The translations under genes and the position numbers were made by a program. The notes under the pieces were generated by a model. It was not told the DNA's origin. It made no database searches and saw only the letters and a list, made by a program, of their open reading frames with translations. A stretch of 64,000 bases of DNA, taken from the NCBI GenBank assembly GCA_963575745.1, contig CAUYUJ010000156.1, positions 1-64,000 on the forward strand. Reading direction: 5' to 3'. The DNA comes from Prorocentrum cordatum. Its lineage: Eukaryota. Shown piece by piece: positions 11,386 to 24,185 of this stretch. How positions within the stretch are numbered: the stretch's first letter is position 1; each line of letters begins with the position of its first letter.

Positions 11386-11758
11386 AATGGAGAGGAAGCG
11401 TGCTGCCAAATAATTTCCAGATGTCTAAAGGATGAATCACACATTTTTTAAATATGTTGAAAACATGTTTGAAGCATGTTTAGAACATGCTGTATACATT
11501 TTAAACACATCTTTAATTTAATGATCGGAATGTTCGAGTGTCCATTGTCATGGCGTCCACAAGTATTTGTGCCATTGCTTGCTCTTCTAAGGAACCGCAG
11601 GCATGCAGTAAGGCGCACGGGTCAGCGCGGGGGTTGCGCTTCGGTGCCGGATCGGCGCGCTCCGTCTCCAGATCGGGCGGCGCCGGCCTCTCCTCGTTCC
11701 GGGGCCCTGGGGGGGCTCTTCTCCGTGGATCTGGCGCCCACGCGCCAGATCCACGGAG

Positions 11759-12380
11759 GAGGGGAGGAGGAGGAGGAGGAGGAGGAGGAGGAGGAGGAGG
11801 AGGAGGAGAGGAGGGAGGAGGAGGAGGAGGAGGAGGAGGAGGAGGAGGAGGAGGAGGAGGAGGGAGGGGGGGAGGAGGAGGGGGAGAGGGAGAGGAGGAG
11901 GAGGAGGAGGAGGAGGGGAGGAGGAGGAGAGGAGAGGAGGAGGAGGAGGAGGAGGATGAAGACGAGGAGGAGGAGGAAGAGGAGGAGGAGGAGGCGAGGG
12001 ATGAGGAGGGAGGAGGAGGGGAGTGAGAAGGTAGGAGGAGGAGGGAGGGGAGGAGGAGGAGGGGAGGAGGAGGAGGAGGAGGAGGAGGAGGAGGAGGAGG
12101 AGAGGAGGAGGAGGAGTAGGAGGAGGTAGGAGGAGGAGGAGGAGAGAGAGGAGGTGAGGAGGAGGAGGCGGGAGGAGGAGGAGGAGGAGGAGGAGGAGGA
12201 GGAGGAGAGGGGAGGAGGGAGTGAGGAGGAGAAGGAGGAGGAGGAGGGAGGAGGAGGAAGAGGAGGGAGGACAAAGGAGGAGGACGGAGGAGGAGGAGGG
12301 AGGAGAGGGGGTGGGGAGGGGAGGAGGGGAGGAGCAGGAGGAGGGAGGAGGAGGAGAGCAGGAGGAGGAGGGAGGAGGAG
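11759..12380. repeat. (GGA)n microsatellite
   Basis: Direct reading. Confidence 0.97.
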
Positions 12381-12791
12381 AGCGACCGTAGCAAGAGGGC
12401 TTCGGAGTTCCGCGCGGATTTCCTCTGCGTCCTTCGGGGCGCCGAGCACCCTCTCCCGCGACCTTTCCGACGGCGCCTCGGGTGCCTCTGACGCGCGCGG
12501 GGGAAGGGGGGGGGCGGCTGGGAGGGGAGCCCGCGCGCCAGATCCTCGAGATCCGCGTGCAGTCGGGCCGAGGCATGGGAGGGTGCCCTCGTGTTCTTCG
12601 TGATGTTTTGCGCACCTTGAGGAGCAACCCCTGGGATGTTCTGAGTGTTTTGGCCAGCGGAGGGTCCATGCTCTTGGAGGACGTTCTTCTGGCCTAGGTC
12701 CCGCAGCAGACCTTTGAAATGTGACGCCTATTATACCGTTTACTGTTGCTTCGTCGTCGTCGTCGTCGTTCGCGATGTTGCAATGGTTGGT

Positions 12792-12849
<58 letters not shown>

Positions 12850-12943
12850 TCGCCGACGTCGTCTGTCCGAACTTCGTCGCCGCCGTCGTCGGTGGCAGTT
12901 CTCGCCTGCGGGGCCGCGTGCCCCCCTCGTGGGCGCGCGCGAG

Positions 12944-13282
12944 GCCGGCCTCGGATGCCAGAGTGTCGCGTTTGCTGCTCGTCCCGAGGAGCCCGTGGAC
13001 CTGGGCCCGCACGTCTCCGGTCCGCTGGGGGGCGCCTTCTCGTTCATGTGCACCTTGAGGATGGACAGCCTCGAGAGCTGGTCGCGCGTGTTCGATTTCT
13101 CGGTCGCGGCCGACGAGGACAGCATCACCGCCGGGGCCATCGAGCTCACGCGCAACCTGCACTTCACGGTCTTCCGGGGCAGGAAGCCCATCAGCGTTGC
13201 CGTGGAGAACTTCTTCGAGCTCGGGCGCGAGCTCACCATGCTGTGCACGGTGTCGCCCTCGGGGCACATGAGGGTGTTCAAG
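12944..13282 (+). CDS. Host-gene exon: N-terminal part of a concanavalin A-like/LamG jelly-roll domain
   Basis: VDLG...FSFMCTLRMDSLESWSRVFDF...LHFTVF...TMLCTVSPSGHMRVFK, with a WxRxFDF motif and GC-rich third positions; ends AAG|GA. Start inferred from GAG|G. Confidence 0.8.
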
Positions 13283-13690
13283 GATGGATTCGGCGGCACG
13301 GAAAATGTGAGGAGGAGGCGGGAGAGGAGGAGGAGAGGGATAGGGAGAAAGGGGCGGTGAGAAGTCGGAGGAGGGGGAGGAGGAGGAGACGATACAAGGA
13401 TACAAGGTATTCAGGCGCCAGCAGGTCTTCCGCCAGCGCTCCGAATGAGAAGAGGAGTCACGGCGCAGCCCTAGAGGGCCGCCTCGGAGACTCGCTTGAT
13501 AAACCAAACGGGGGTTCCTGTCTAAGGGTGTTAATCCTCACGAGTCGCCCCACTGGCACTGACACCCGCGTCTGCATCCGCCGGCGCTGCCGAGGAGAAG
13601 GGGTGTTCACCTTCAAGAGTATGATCTGCGGCAGTCTCAGGACCCCTCTCGAGATGCCCACTACAGAAATCCTCCACGGTCAAGAGCTTG

Positions 13691-13901
13691 TGCTTAGCGT
13701 GTCGCTCCGCCCCTTCTGATCCACCACGCTTCGTGACGACACGCTGTCCACTTCCGGGCCCCCCAGCATCAGCGTCCCCAACTTTTCCGAGCCTCCTGCC
13801 CCGCGGAGCGGAGCAACATGCGATCCGCTCGCAGAAAACAGCGTGTCGCCCGGCAGCTACCCAGCGACACGCTGTGCTGGCGACGCGCGACACGCTAAGC
13901 A
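13691..13901. mobile_element. Element with a perfect 15-bp inverted repeat
   Basis: TGCTTAGCGTGTCGC (13691-13705) and GCGACACGCTAAGCA (13887-13901); internal CGACACGCTGT copies in both orientations. Confidence 0.8.
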
Positions 13902-14002
13902 AACTATGTATCTGACCGTAGTTCCCTCCCTCGTGGGGGCAGGGAGGGGTCCGTGCCCAGCGCTTTCCGCGAGGTCCTCGGGGCCACGTCGCCGCACCGA
14001 TG

Positions 14003-14559
14003 GACACGGACACACCCACACACACACACACCCACACACACACACACACGCGCGCGCACACACACGCACGCAGACACACGCAGACACACAGACACACAGA
14101 CACACAGACACAAAGACACACAGACACACAGTCTCACAGACACACAGAGAGACACACACGCAGACACACACACAGACATACACACAGAGACACACAGGCA
14201 CACACAGACACAGACACAGACACACACACAGACACACACAGACACACCGACACACACACACAGACACACAAACACACACACACAGACAGACACACATAGA
14301 CACACCCAGACACACAAGACAACCAGGCACATACAAACACACACACTCACGCGCACGCACGCATGCACGCGCACACACAGTCACACACAGTCGCACACAG
14401 TCGCGCACGCAGACACACAGACACAGACACACAGACACACACACAGACATACACAGACATACACACAGACACACGCAGACACACACAGACACACACAGAC
14501 ACATACAGACACACAGGCACACATAGGCACACACAGGCACACACAGACACACACACACA

Positions 14560-14597
<38 letters not shown>

Positions 14598-15115
14598 GAC
14601 AGACATACACACAGACACACACACACACATACTCTCATTTAAACCCACATTCACACACGCACTCACACTCACACTCACACTCACACTCACACTCACACTC
14701 GCACTCACACACACACACTCACACTCACACTCACACACTCGCACTCACACTCACACTCACACTCACTTTCACAGTCACACTCACACTCACGCGCAAACAC
14801 ACTCATACACAACATACATAACATACACAACACACACATCACACAACACACAACACACAGCACACAACACACACACACTTACTTACATCCACACTCACAC
14901 TCACACTCACTGCTCACACTCACACTCACACTCACACTCACACTCACACTCACACTCACACTCACACTCACACTCACACACACACTCACACTCACACACA
15001 CAACACACACAGCACATAACACGCACAACACGCACAACACACAACACACAACACACAACACAATACACACGCTCACACACACACACACTGACACACTCAC
15101 ACACACACACACTGA
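14003..15115. repeat. (CA)n / (CACAGA)n / (CACACT)n compound microsatellite
   Basis: Direct reading. Confidence 0.97.
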
Positions 15116-15167
15116 CCGCAGCAGATGGACCATCTTGATCCCAGAGGGTCTCTTTCGTGTGCACGAG

Positions 15168-15365
15168 TCGGGCGGAACGAAAGGGTAGGATAGGGAAAGG
15201 GGGGGTCACGAAATCTGTTGCATGCAGCTAGTTTCCGCCCCGCCGCCGTGCCTATTCCTCGATACATTGGGCGCTTCCTGGCGCTGGGAGGCGCCAGGAA
15301 GACCAGCTACGCGAGCTGATCCTCTGCCCTGCCCTTTGCTATTCTACCCTTTCGTGTTCCCCTGA
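15168..15365. mobile_element. MITE-like element, 5-bp TSD ACGAG
   Basis: TCGGGCGGAACGAAAGGGTAGGATAG...CTATTCTACCCTTTCGTGTTCCCCTGA; ACGAG at 15163-15167 and 15366-15370. Confidence 0.85.
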
Positions 15366-15384
15366 ACGAGTGTGCCCGGCCAAG

Positions 15385-15540
15385 TGCAGAGAGGGGTATG
15401 GGGGAGTGGGGAAGGCTACTTGGAAGCACCCCTGCTTCTTAGAAGGCGCGGGCCTTGTCTGTAGATGTGGCGTCGGTGCCTTCTAAGAAGCAGCCTCCTT
15501 CTAAGAAGCCTCCCCCCTTCCTCCAATCCCCCCCTGTGCA
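15385..15540. mobile_element. Fold-back element
   Basis: GCTTCTTAGAAGGC pairs with GCCTTCTAAGAAGC; purine/pyrimidine arms bounded by TGCA. Confidence 0.6.
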
Positions 15541-15699
15541 AGCCGCCAAAGCGGCCCTCCCCCGCGCCTGCCCTTCGGGAATATCGCACGCGCGGGCCGC
15601 GACGGGACGAAGAGAGTGCCGGACACGTTGGCCTCTCCGCGGCCCGCGCGCGCGTGGGGAGGGCTCCGCCTCTGTGGAGCTCTCCTGCCGCGGCACTCT

Positions 15700-15880
15700 C
15701 GACTGCCTAAGAGTGGCCCCTCGCCAGAGTGACCTTCGGGGTGCGGGCTCGTCGGGGTGCCCCCCCCCGATCGCCGCGCGCGACGCGATGGCGGCTGCTC
15801 GCCCCTTTTTGGATCTGGCCACCTGGCGTCCCCGTAGCCCGCGCACCACAAGTCACTCTTGCCTGGGGCTGCTCTTGCGG
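15700..15880. mobile_element. MITE-like element with imperfect ~45-bp inverted arms
   Basis: AAGAGTGGCCCC..AGAGTGAC..GCGGGCT versus AGCCCGC..GTCACTCT..GGGGCTGCTCTT. Confidence 0.6.
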
Positions 15881-16076
15881 AGGCCCAGAGGTTGACACCA
15901 GCACCGATCTCGGCGATGTGCCTCCACCGAGGATAGATGATCCCGATCTCGGTCATGGTGGTGATATTCGGGCTTCCACGGTGGCCGAACTGTTACCACC
16001 AACACCAAAGTCTAGGATCACCCTCCCCTGGTAGAGGCAACCCTCGGCATCGGTGTTGGTGCCCATTTCTAAGCCT
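15881..16076. mobile_element. ~195 bp fold-back element with AGGCCT-like ends, copy 1
   Basis: Colinear with 57411-57605; CACCAGCACCGAT pairs with ATCGGTGTTGGTG. Confidence 0.85.
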
Positions 16077-16604
16077 CCAACTCTTGCGTGCAGACCGTTG
16101 GGGCCGGCTGGAGGTCCGAGGTGGCCCGGCAGAGGGTTCGGCGCGCAGGAAGGGGGCGGGCGAGGTTCGAGGTTCTGGGCTCGACGAGGCTTTCTGCTCG
16201 TTCCTGGCTTTTCTTGCTCGTTCCGTTGTGGCTCGTTTGGGCCCGGGGACCGTCAAAGACAGATGCGGGGTGGAAAATTGGCTCGGATGGACCCTGGGAG
16301 GGGTCTGGGGACCGATTGTGAGCGGATTTGCAATCGTGCCCCCCTTTCTTGATGGATTTCCGGGGGCCCCATCCAGTTCAGGCCGCCCAGCCGCCTCCAA
16401 GACTGAACGCTTCTCCCGTGCTCTGGCCGGTGGCCGATCGATCTCTGAGCGGGTCGTTCGGACAAAGTTCCTCGACGTGCCAACGGGGAGGGAGGCACCA
16501 AGGAGGGAGGCCCGCCCGACATGTTTCGGGCCTCAGCACTTGAGTGCAAGAGTAGCAGGAGAAAATGGTGGCAGGATGGGGAGGGGGTGGGAACGAAGAG
16601 GGTG

Positions 16605-16660
16605 GAGGAGGGATGAGGAGGAGGAGGAGGAGGAGGAGAAGGAAAAAGTGATGGTGGGGA

Positions 16661-16718
<58 letters not shown>

Positions 16719-16739
16719 CGATGATGATGATGATGATGA

Positions 16740-16777
<38 letters not shown>

Positions 16778-16858
16778 GATGATGAGATATGATGATGATG
16801 ATGATGAGGATTGATGATGATGAGGATGGACGAGGAGGAGGAGGAGGAGGAGGAGGAG
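16605..16858. repeat. (GAT)n and (GGA)n microsatellites
   Basis: Direct reading. Confidence 0.95.
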
Positions 16859-16876
16859 ACGGGCTCGTGATTTCAG

Positions 16877-16932
16877 GACGGCGCGCTCGTTGGCGAGAAC
16901 ATTGAGGGAATGGCGCCACTGGAGCTGGCGAG
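16877..16932 (+). CDS. Host-gene micro-exon (DGALVGENIEGMAPLELA-R)
   Basis: TTTCAG|G acceptor and AG|GC donor; continues MRVFK to give the LamG-like VFKDGALVG strand. Confidence 0.8.
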
Positions 16933-16944
16933 GCCACCCCTGCT

Positions 16945-17400
16945 CTTCATCCTCCTCCGCCTCCTCTTTCTCTCCTCCTCCTCCCACACTCCTCATCTTC
17001 CTCCTTCTCCTCCTCCTCCTCCCTTTCCCCTGTTCCTTCCTTTCTTCTCCTCTCCTCCTCCTCCTCCTCCTCCTCCTCCTCCTCTTCTACTACCTTTCCC
17101 CTCCCTCTCTCCTCCTCTCTCCTTCCTCCTCGTCCTCCCTCCCTCCTCCTCCTCCTTCTCCTCCTCCTCCTGCTCCCGTCCCCCTCCTCCTCTCCGTGTT
17201 CCCTCCTCCTCCTCCTCCTTCCCTCCCCTCCTCCTCCTCTCCTCTCCTCCTCCTTCTCCTCCTTCTCCCCTCCTCTCCTCTCCTTCTCTCCTCCTCCTCC
17301 TCTCCTCCTCCTCCTCCTCCTCCTCCTCCTCCTCCTCCTCCTCCTCCTCCCCTTCTCTCCTCCTTCTCCCTCGTCCTCCTTGTCCTCCTTCTCTTTCTCC
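16945..17400. repeat. (CCT)n microsatellite
   Basis: Direct reading. Confidence 0.97.
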
Positions 17401-17648
17401 TGACGATCTTGAAGCTTGGAGCTCCACCGCCTACGCCGGCGGGGAGGGGCCGTTCTCCCAGAGGGGGGCTCTCGCCCACGCGCCGCTCGCACCGGTCTCT
17501 TAACGTCCAGCCGTTGCATTGATGGAGGGCGGATGGTGTCCTCGCCGGCGCCACGCGAGTCCGCAGAGCTGCATCTGGCAGCTGCACTGACGAGGGGCGG
17601 TGCCTTTTTAGAACGGGGCCCTCGCCGGAGACTCTCTCCACACATATT

Positions 17649-17810
17649 TCAGGAGGGAAAGGAACACACAGACACAATTAGTCGTCGACTCCCAGGAAAA
17701 TATGCAAACATATGGGAAGTGGGGGGAACACCCAAGCCCCAAAAATATGTGAAAAGATGGGGGATCTTTTTACTTGTGCGTATTAATGTGTGTGTCCTGG
17801 GGCCCCTTCA
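17649..17810. mobile_element. ~160 bp TCAGGAGGG element, 5-bp TSD ATATT
   Basis: ATATT at 17644-17648 and 17811-17815; homologues at 3630 and 57775. Confidence 0.85.
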
Positions 17811-18439
17811 ATATTACCGCACAGGCAGAATCGGTGACAGCTGCACGGGCAGATGGCGACTCCCTTTCCATAAGGAGGCTCTCGTCTGCGGCCTCGCTGG
17901 CCTCCCTGGTCAGAAGTTTGAGAGATCGTGCAGCCGCTGCACGGGCCGTGCAGCCGCAGCCGCGGCCCGGGCGGAGGGTATAGCCCCCACTTTGAGAGCC
18001 CAAAATCGAATCGGCAAGTCGGATCGGAAGTCGACATGGGTCGGATCGGCGAAAATCGGCAGCCTCCTTGCCGGGGTGTATGACCAGAGAAGCTGGGGCG
18101 GGAGGGCGGGGGGGTGTAATGGAGCAGCGTTGGTACATTATGGGTTTGCTCTGGCCTCACTCCTTCGTCCTCGCGCCCCTCCCTGCCGCCCATCCTCCCT
18201 GCCTCTCTCCCCTTATCCCCCTCATGCCTCTCCCCCTCGCCACTTTGGCTGTCCCTCCTCTTCCTCCTCTCCCTCCTCCCTCATTCCCTCCTCTCCCTTT
18301 CTTGCCTTCCTTCCTCCAGTATCTCCTCTCCTTTGGAAGCACTCCCTCCTCGTAGCACCATCAGCCGTGTCGGTAGGCTGGGCTTGGTTTCTCGCCGGAG
18401 ATTCCTCACCGCTTTGGTCCTGGCGATGTAATTATCATC

Positions 18440-18965
18440 AGGTGGAAGGACGGGGGGCGGGCCATTTTCACTATGTGGCTCCCGCTTTGGCGCCGCGCAT
18501 ATTACGCTTCAACCAGTCTAGTATTTGCATGGCCTGAGGGCGGCTCCTTGTCAATCTGTGGATGTCGCCTTATCGCCGCGCGCATTCGCTTCAAAATCTG
18601 TTAGCAGTTAGAATGACGGGGGGGGCGGTTCCTTTTCAGAAGTGGCGCTCGTCCGGGGGCCGCGCCTATCCGTCTTAAAGGGCTCCGACATTTCCAAGCA
18701 TGGAAGGCGGTCCTTGTTCAACACGTGACTCTCGCTGGAGACATGCTCAACATGCCAGGCCTTGTGAATTGCACGGCAGTGGGGCATAATGATGACAGCT
18801 TCTTTCCACGCAGGGGCCTTGTGCACCTGTGCAACAGGTGCACAGACGGAGGGCGCTGTTGTCTTTTGAAGCGGGGCTCTCGCTGCAGAAATATGCAGCG
18901 AGTTCCAAACATCAAAGACGGCATGCCCGGCCTCAGCCTCGCGGACCTACGTTAAAATCATGTTG
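18440..18965. repeat. Degenerate ~83-bp tandem repeat, about 6 units
   Basis: Recurrent GAGGGCGG...ATGTGGCTCTCGC...GCGCCGCGC; same family as 35345-35775 and ~17445-17640. Confidence 0.7.
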
Positions 18966-19059
18966 CTTTAATTATTTGTGTTGTTCCATGCCATGGGACC
19001 GTGACGTGAGTCCTACTAGAATACCTAGCTTAAAACATGACGATGTGCATGACATCGCC

Positions 19060-22000
19060 GTGTTGTTGGTTGTGCTGGTGGTTGCGCTGGTGGTTGTGCG
19101 GGTGGCTGTGCTGGTAGTTGCGATGGTGGTTGTGTTGGTGGTTGTGCGAGTGGTTGTGCTGGTGGTTGTGCTGGTGATGGCTGTGCGGGTGACCGTGCTG
19201 GTGGTTGCGCTGGTGGGTGCGTTGGTGGTTGTGCTGGTGGTTTTGCTGGTGGTTGTGCTGGTGGTTGTGCTGGTTGTTGTGCGGGTGGTGGCGGCGGCGG
19301 TTGCGTTGGCGGTTGTGCTGGCGGTTGTGCGGGTGGTCGTGGTGGTGGTTGTGCCGTTGTCCGTGCTGGCGGAAGTGCTTGTGATTCTGCTCGTGGTTGA
19401 GCGGATGGTCGTGCTGGTGTGCTGGTGGTTGTGCGGGTGGTTGTGCTGATGGTTGTGTTGGTGGTTGCGATGGTGGTTGTGCTGGTGGTTGTGCTGGTGG
19501 TTGTGTTGGTGGCTGTGCTGGTGGTTGTGCTCGATGTTTTGCTGCTGCTGGTTCCTCGGTGGTTGTGCTGGCGGTTGTGCTGCTGGTCGTGTTGGTGGTT
19601 GTGTTGGTGGTTGTGCTCGATGTTTTGCTGCTGGTGGTTGCGCCGGTGTTTGTGCTGGTGGTCGTGCGGGTGGTTGTGCTGGTGCTCGTGCTGGTGGTTG
19701 TGATGGTTGCTGTGCGAGTGGTTGTGCTGGTGGTCGTGTTGGTGTTTGTGCTGGTGGTTGCGATGGTGGCCGCGCTGGTGGTTGCGATGGTGGTGCGCTG
19801 TGTTTGTTTTTGCTGGGGTGTGGTTCTCTTGGTGGTTGTTTGTTTGGTTGTGGTGGTTGTGCTGGAGGGTTGTGCTGGTGGTTGATGGGCTGGCGGTTGT
19901 GATGGCGGTTCGTGTTGTGGGTGATTGCTCGTACGACCACCAGCACAGCCACATGCTGGAACACCAGACAAACACCAGGGCAACCACAAGCACAACTGCC
20001 ATCAGCAAAACCATCAACACAACCACCCGCACGACCACCAGCAAAACAGCCAGCACAACCACCAGCACAACCACCAGCACAACCACCAGCACAACCACCA
20101 GCAGCAACACATCGAGCACAACCACTAGCACAGCCACTCGCACAACCACCAGCACAACCTCCCGCACGACCACCCGCACAACCCCCCAGCACAGCACAAC
20201 CACCAGCACGACACCCGCACAGTCACCACAAGCACAACCATCAGCACAACCACCAGCACAATCGCCAGCCCAACAACCACCAGCACAACCACCAGCACAA
20301 CCACCACCAGCACTATCACCAGCACAACACCCAGCACAACCACCAGCACAACCACCCGCACAACCGCCAGCACAACCACCAGCAAAACCACTAGCGTAAC
20401 TACCAGCATGGTCACTCGCACAGCCACCACCAGCACAACCACCAGCACAACCACCCGCACAATCGTCAGCCAAACAACCGCAAGCAAAACTTTTCAGCAC
20501 AACCACCCGCACAGCCACCACAAGAACAACCACCACAAACACAACCAACAGCACAACCACCCGCACAGCCACCAGCACAACACCAAGCATAACCACCAGC
20601 ACAACCACCAGCAAAACAGCCAGCACAACCACCACCAGTACGACCGCACTCACAACCACTCGCACAACAACCCGCACAGCTACACACAACCACCAGCACA
20701 ACCATCCGCGGAACCACCACCAGCACAACCACCCGCAGAGCCACCAGCGCAACCACTCGCAGGAACACCAGCACATCCACCAGCACAACCACCAGCACAA
20801 CCACCACCACGACCACCCGCACAACCGCCAGCACAACCGCCAACGCAACCGCCGCCGCCACCACCCGCACAACAACCAGCACAACCACTCGTGCAACTAC
20901 CACTTGCACAATAACCAGCTCAACCACCCGCACGACCACCAGCACAACCACTCGCACGGACACCAGCACAGCCACTCGCACAACTACCACCAGCACAACC
21001 ACCCGCAGAGCCACCAGCACCACCACTCGCACGAACACCAGCATAATCATCAACACAGCTTCCCGCATTACGCCAGCTCAGCAACGACCAGCACACCCCT
21101 TCACAACAACCACCAGCACAACCATCACCCGCACAGCCACCCGCACAATCATTTCCTGCGCAACCACCAGCACAACCACCCGCACGACCGCCAGCATAAC
21201 CGCCCGCACGCCGACCAAAGCAACCACCAGCACAACCACCCGCACAGCCACCAGCACAACCACCAGCACGACCACCCGCACAACCACCAGCACAACCATC
21301 ACCAGGACAAACACCGCCTGCACAACCACTGGGACCACCACCGCCAGGACCCCCCCTACCACCACCGCCAGGACTACCACCGCCAGCACAACCACCACCG
21401 CCACCATTCGGCGCCCTTAGTGTCGCAGTGTTTCGCGTTGCTCCGCACATCTTCCTCTTGATCTCCCCCGGGATCTTCCTCCAGATCCTCCTCAAGACGA
21501 CGGCGGCGACGACGACGGCTACGACAGCGACGACGACGACGGCGGCGACGGCGACGACGGGGGCTTTCGTTGGGCCCAGGGGCCGTCGAAAACAGTTCGG
21601 GATCCATGATTGGCCCCAGCGATAAGATCCGCGCCTCCAGAGGTGCGCCCTGCCAAGATTTCACGACGTCGAGGGCCTAGGTCTCCTCGTCCTCTAGCTC
21701 TATCTGTCTCTCCTTTCTCCCTTCCTATTCCTCCTCATCCACCAGCACAACCACTCGCACAATCACCCGCACAGCCAGCACCATGACATCCACCAGCACG
21801 ACCACCCGCGTACAACCACCACCAAATCCACCCGCGCAACCACTAGCACAACCGACTGCACAACCACTAGCACAACTACCCGCACAACCACCAGCACAAC
21901 CACCACATCCACCGACCGGCACAATCACGAGACCAACCACCCGCACAACCACCACCAACCCAGCAACCAGCATCACCACCAGCACAACCACCCGCACAAC

Positions 22001-24185
22001 TACCAGCACAATTAGCCGCTTAACCACCAGCCAATCCACCAGCTAACCAAGGGCACAGCCACCCGAACAACCACCACCGGCACAACCACCCGCTCAACCA
22101 CCAGCCCAACCAACAGCACAACCACCCGCACAACCACCAGCACAACCACCAGCACAACCATCAGCACAACCACCAGCACAACCGCCAGCACGAACACCAC
22201 CAGCACAATCGCCAGCACGAACACCACCAGCACAACCTCCAGCACGAACACCACCAGCACAACCGCCAGCCCAACCACTAGCACAACCACCAGCACAACC
22301 ACCAACGCAACCACAAGCACATCCACCCGCACAAACACCAGCACATCCACCACCAGCACAACCACCAACACAACAACCAGCAGAATCACCAGCAGAACCG
22401 CCAGCACAACCCCCCGCACAACCACCATCACGACCACCACCAGCGCAGCCACCAGCACAATCATCCGCACAACCACTGGCACAGCTCCCAGCACAACCAT
22501 CCTCGCAATCACCAACACCACCTCCAGAACTATCACCCGATGAACCACCAGCAGAACCACCAGCACGACAACCCGCGCAACCACCAGCACAACCACCAGC
22601 ACAACCACCAGGACAACCTCACGCACAACCACCCGCACAACCACCACGAGCGCTACCACCATTACAACCATCGGCGCGACCACCAGCAGCGCAACCACAA
22701 GCGCAACTACCAGCAAAACCACTCGCCCAACCACTAGCACAACATCACCAGCACAACAACAACCACCTGCACAACCACCCGTTCAACCACCCGCACTACC
22801 ACCATCATCATTGCCATCACGACCACCAGCACAACCACCAGCGCAACCACCCGCACAACCACCAGCTCAACTGCCAGCACAGCCACCACGACAACCACCT
22901 GCAGAACCACCATCACAACACCCCGCACAACCACTCGCACAATCACCACCAAGATGATCACCAGCACTAGACAAGCACAACCACCAGCACAACGACCAGC
23001 ACGACCATTAGCACGACCGCCAGCACAACCAACCGCACAACCATCTGCACAATCACCGCCAGCACAACCACCCGCACAACCACCCGCACCACCACCCGCG
23101 CAGCCACCCAGCACGCTTGCCAGCACAACCACCAGCGCCATCATCCGTATAACCACCCGCACGACCACTCGCACAAGAATTAGCACAACCACCAGCACAA
23201 CCAACCGCACAACCACCATCATCATAACCACTCGCACCACCACCAGCGCGACCCTCCGAACGATCACGCGCACAACCACATGCACAGCCACCAGCACAAC
23301 CACCAGCACAACCACTCGCACAACCACCAGCTCAACCACCAGCACGACCACCAGCACAACCACCAACACAATCACCAGCACATCCACCAGCGCAGCCACC
23401 ACAGGCACAATCACCAGCACAACCACCAGCACAACCACCCGCATAACTACCAGCACAACCACCCGCACGACCACCAGCACAGACACCAGCACAACCGCCA
23501 GCGCAACCATCAGCACAACCACCAGCGCAACCACAAGCACAATCTCCCGCAGGACAACCAGCAACCACCAGCAAGATCATCAGCACAACCACCGGCACAG
23601 CCACCAGCACGACTGCCAGCACAACCACCAGCACAAGCGCCAGCGCAACCACCAATACAATCACCACCAGCGTAACCACCAGCACAACCACCCGCACAAA
23701 CACCAGCACAACCACCAGCACAACCACCAGCATGAGCACCAGCAGAACCACCCGCGCAACCACCCGCACAACAACCTGCAAAACCACCAGCACAACCACC
23801 AGCATGAGCACCAGCATTACCACTGGCACAACCACCACCAGCGCAGCCACCAGCACACCCGCCGCACAACCACCAGCACAACCACCAGCGTGATCACCAG
23901 CACAACCACCAGCACAACAACCTGCACAACCACCAGCACAACCACCAGCAACCACCAGCATGAGCATCAGCATTAACACTGGCACAACCACCACCAGCGC
24001 AGCCACCAGCACAATCATCCGCACAACCACCAGCGTGACCACCAGCACAACCACCAGTACAACCAGAAGCACAACCATCAGGAAAAAAGTAGCAACACAA
24101 CCATCAGCGCAACCACCAGCACAACCACCAGCAGCACAACCACTAGCACAACCACCAGCAAAACCGCTGGCACAATCACTGTTGG
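19060..24185. repeat. 12-mer minisatellite (GTGGTTGTGCTG / CAGCACAACCAC) with a strand switch at ~19925
   Basis: GT-rich orientation 19060-19925, CA-rich orientation 19930-24185; interrupted at ~21410-21740. Confidence 0.95.
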
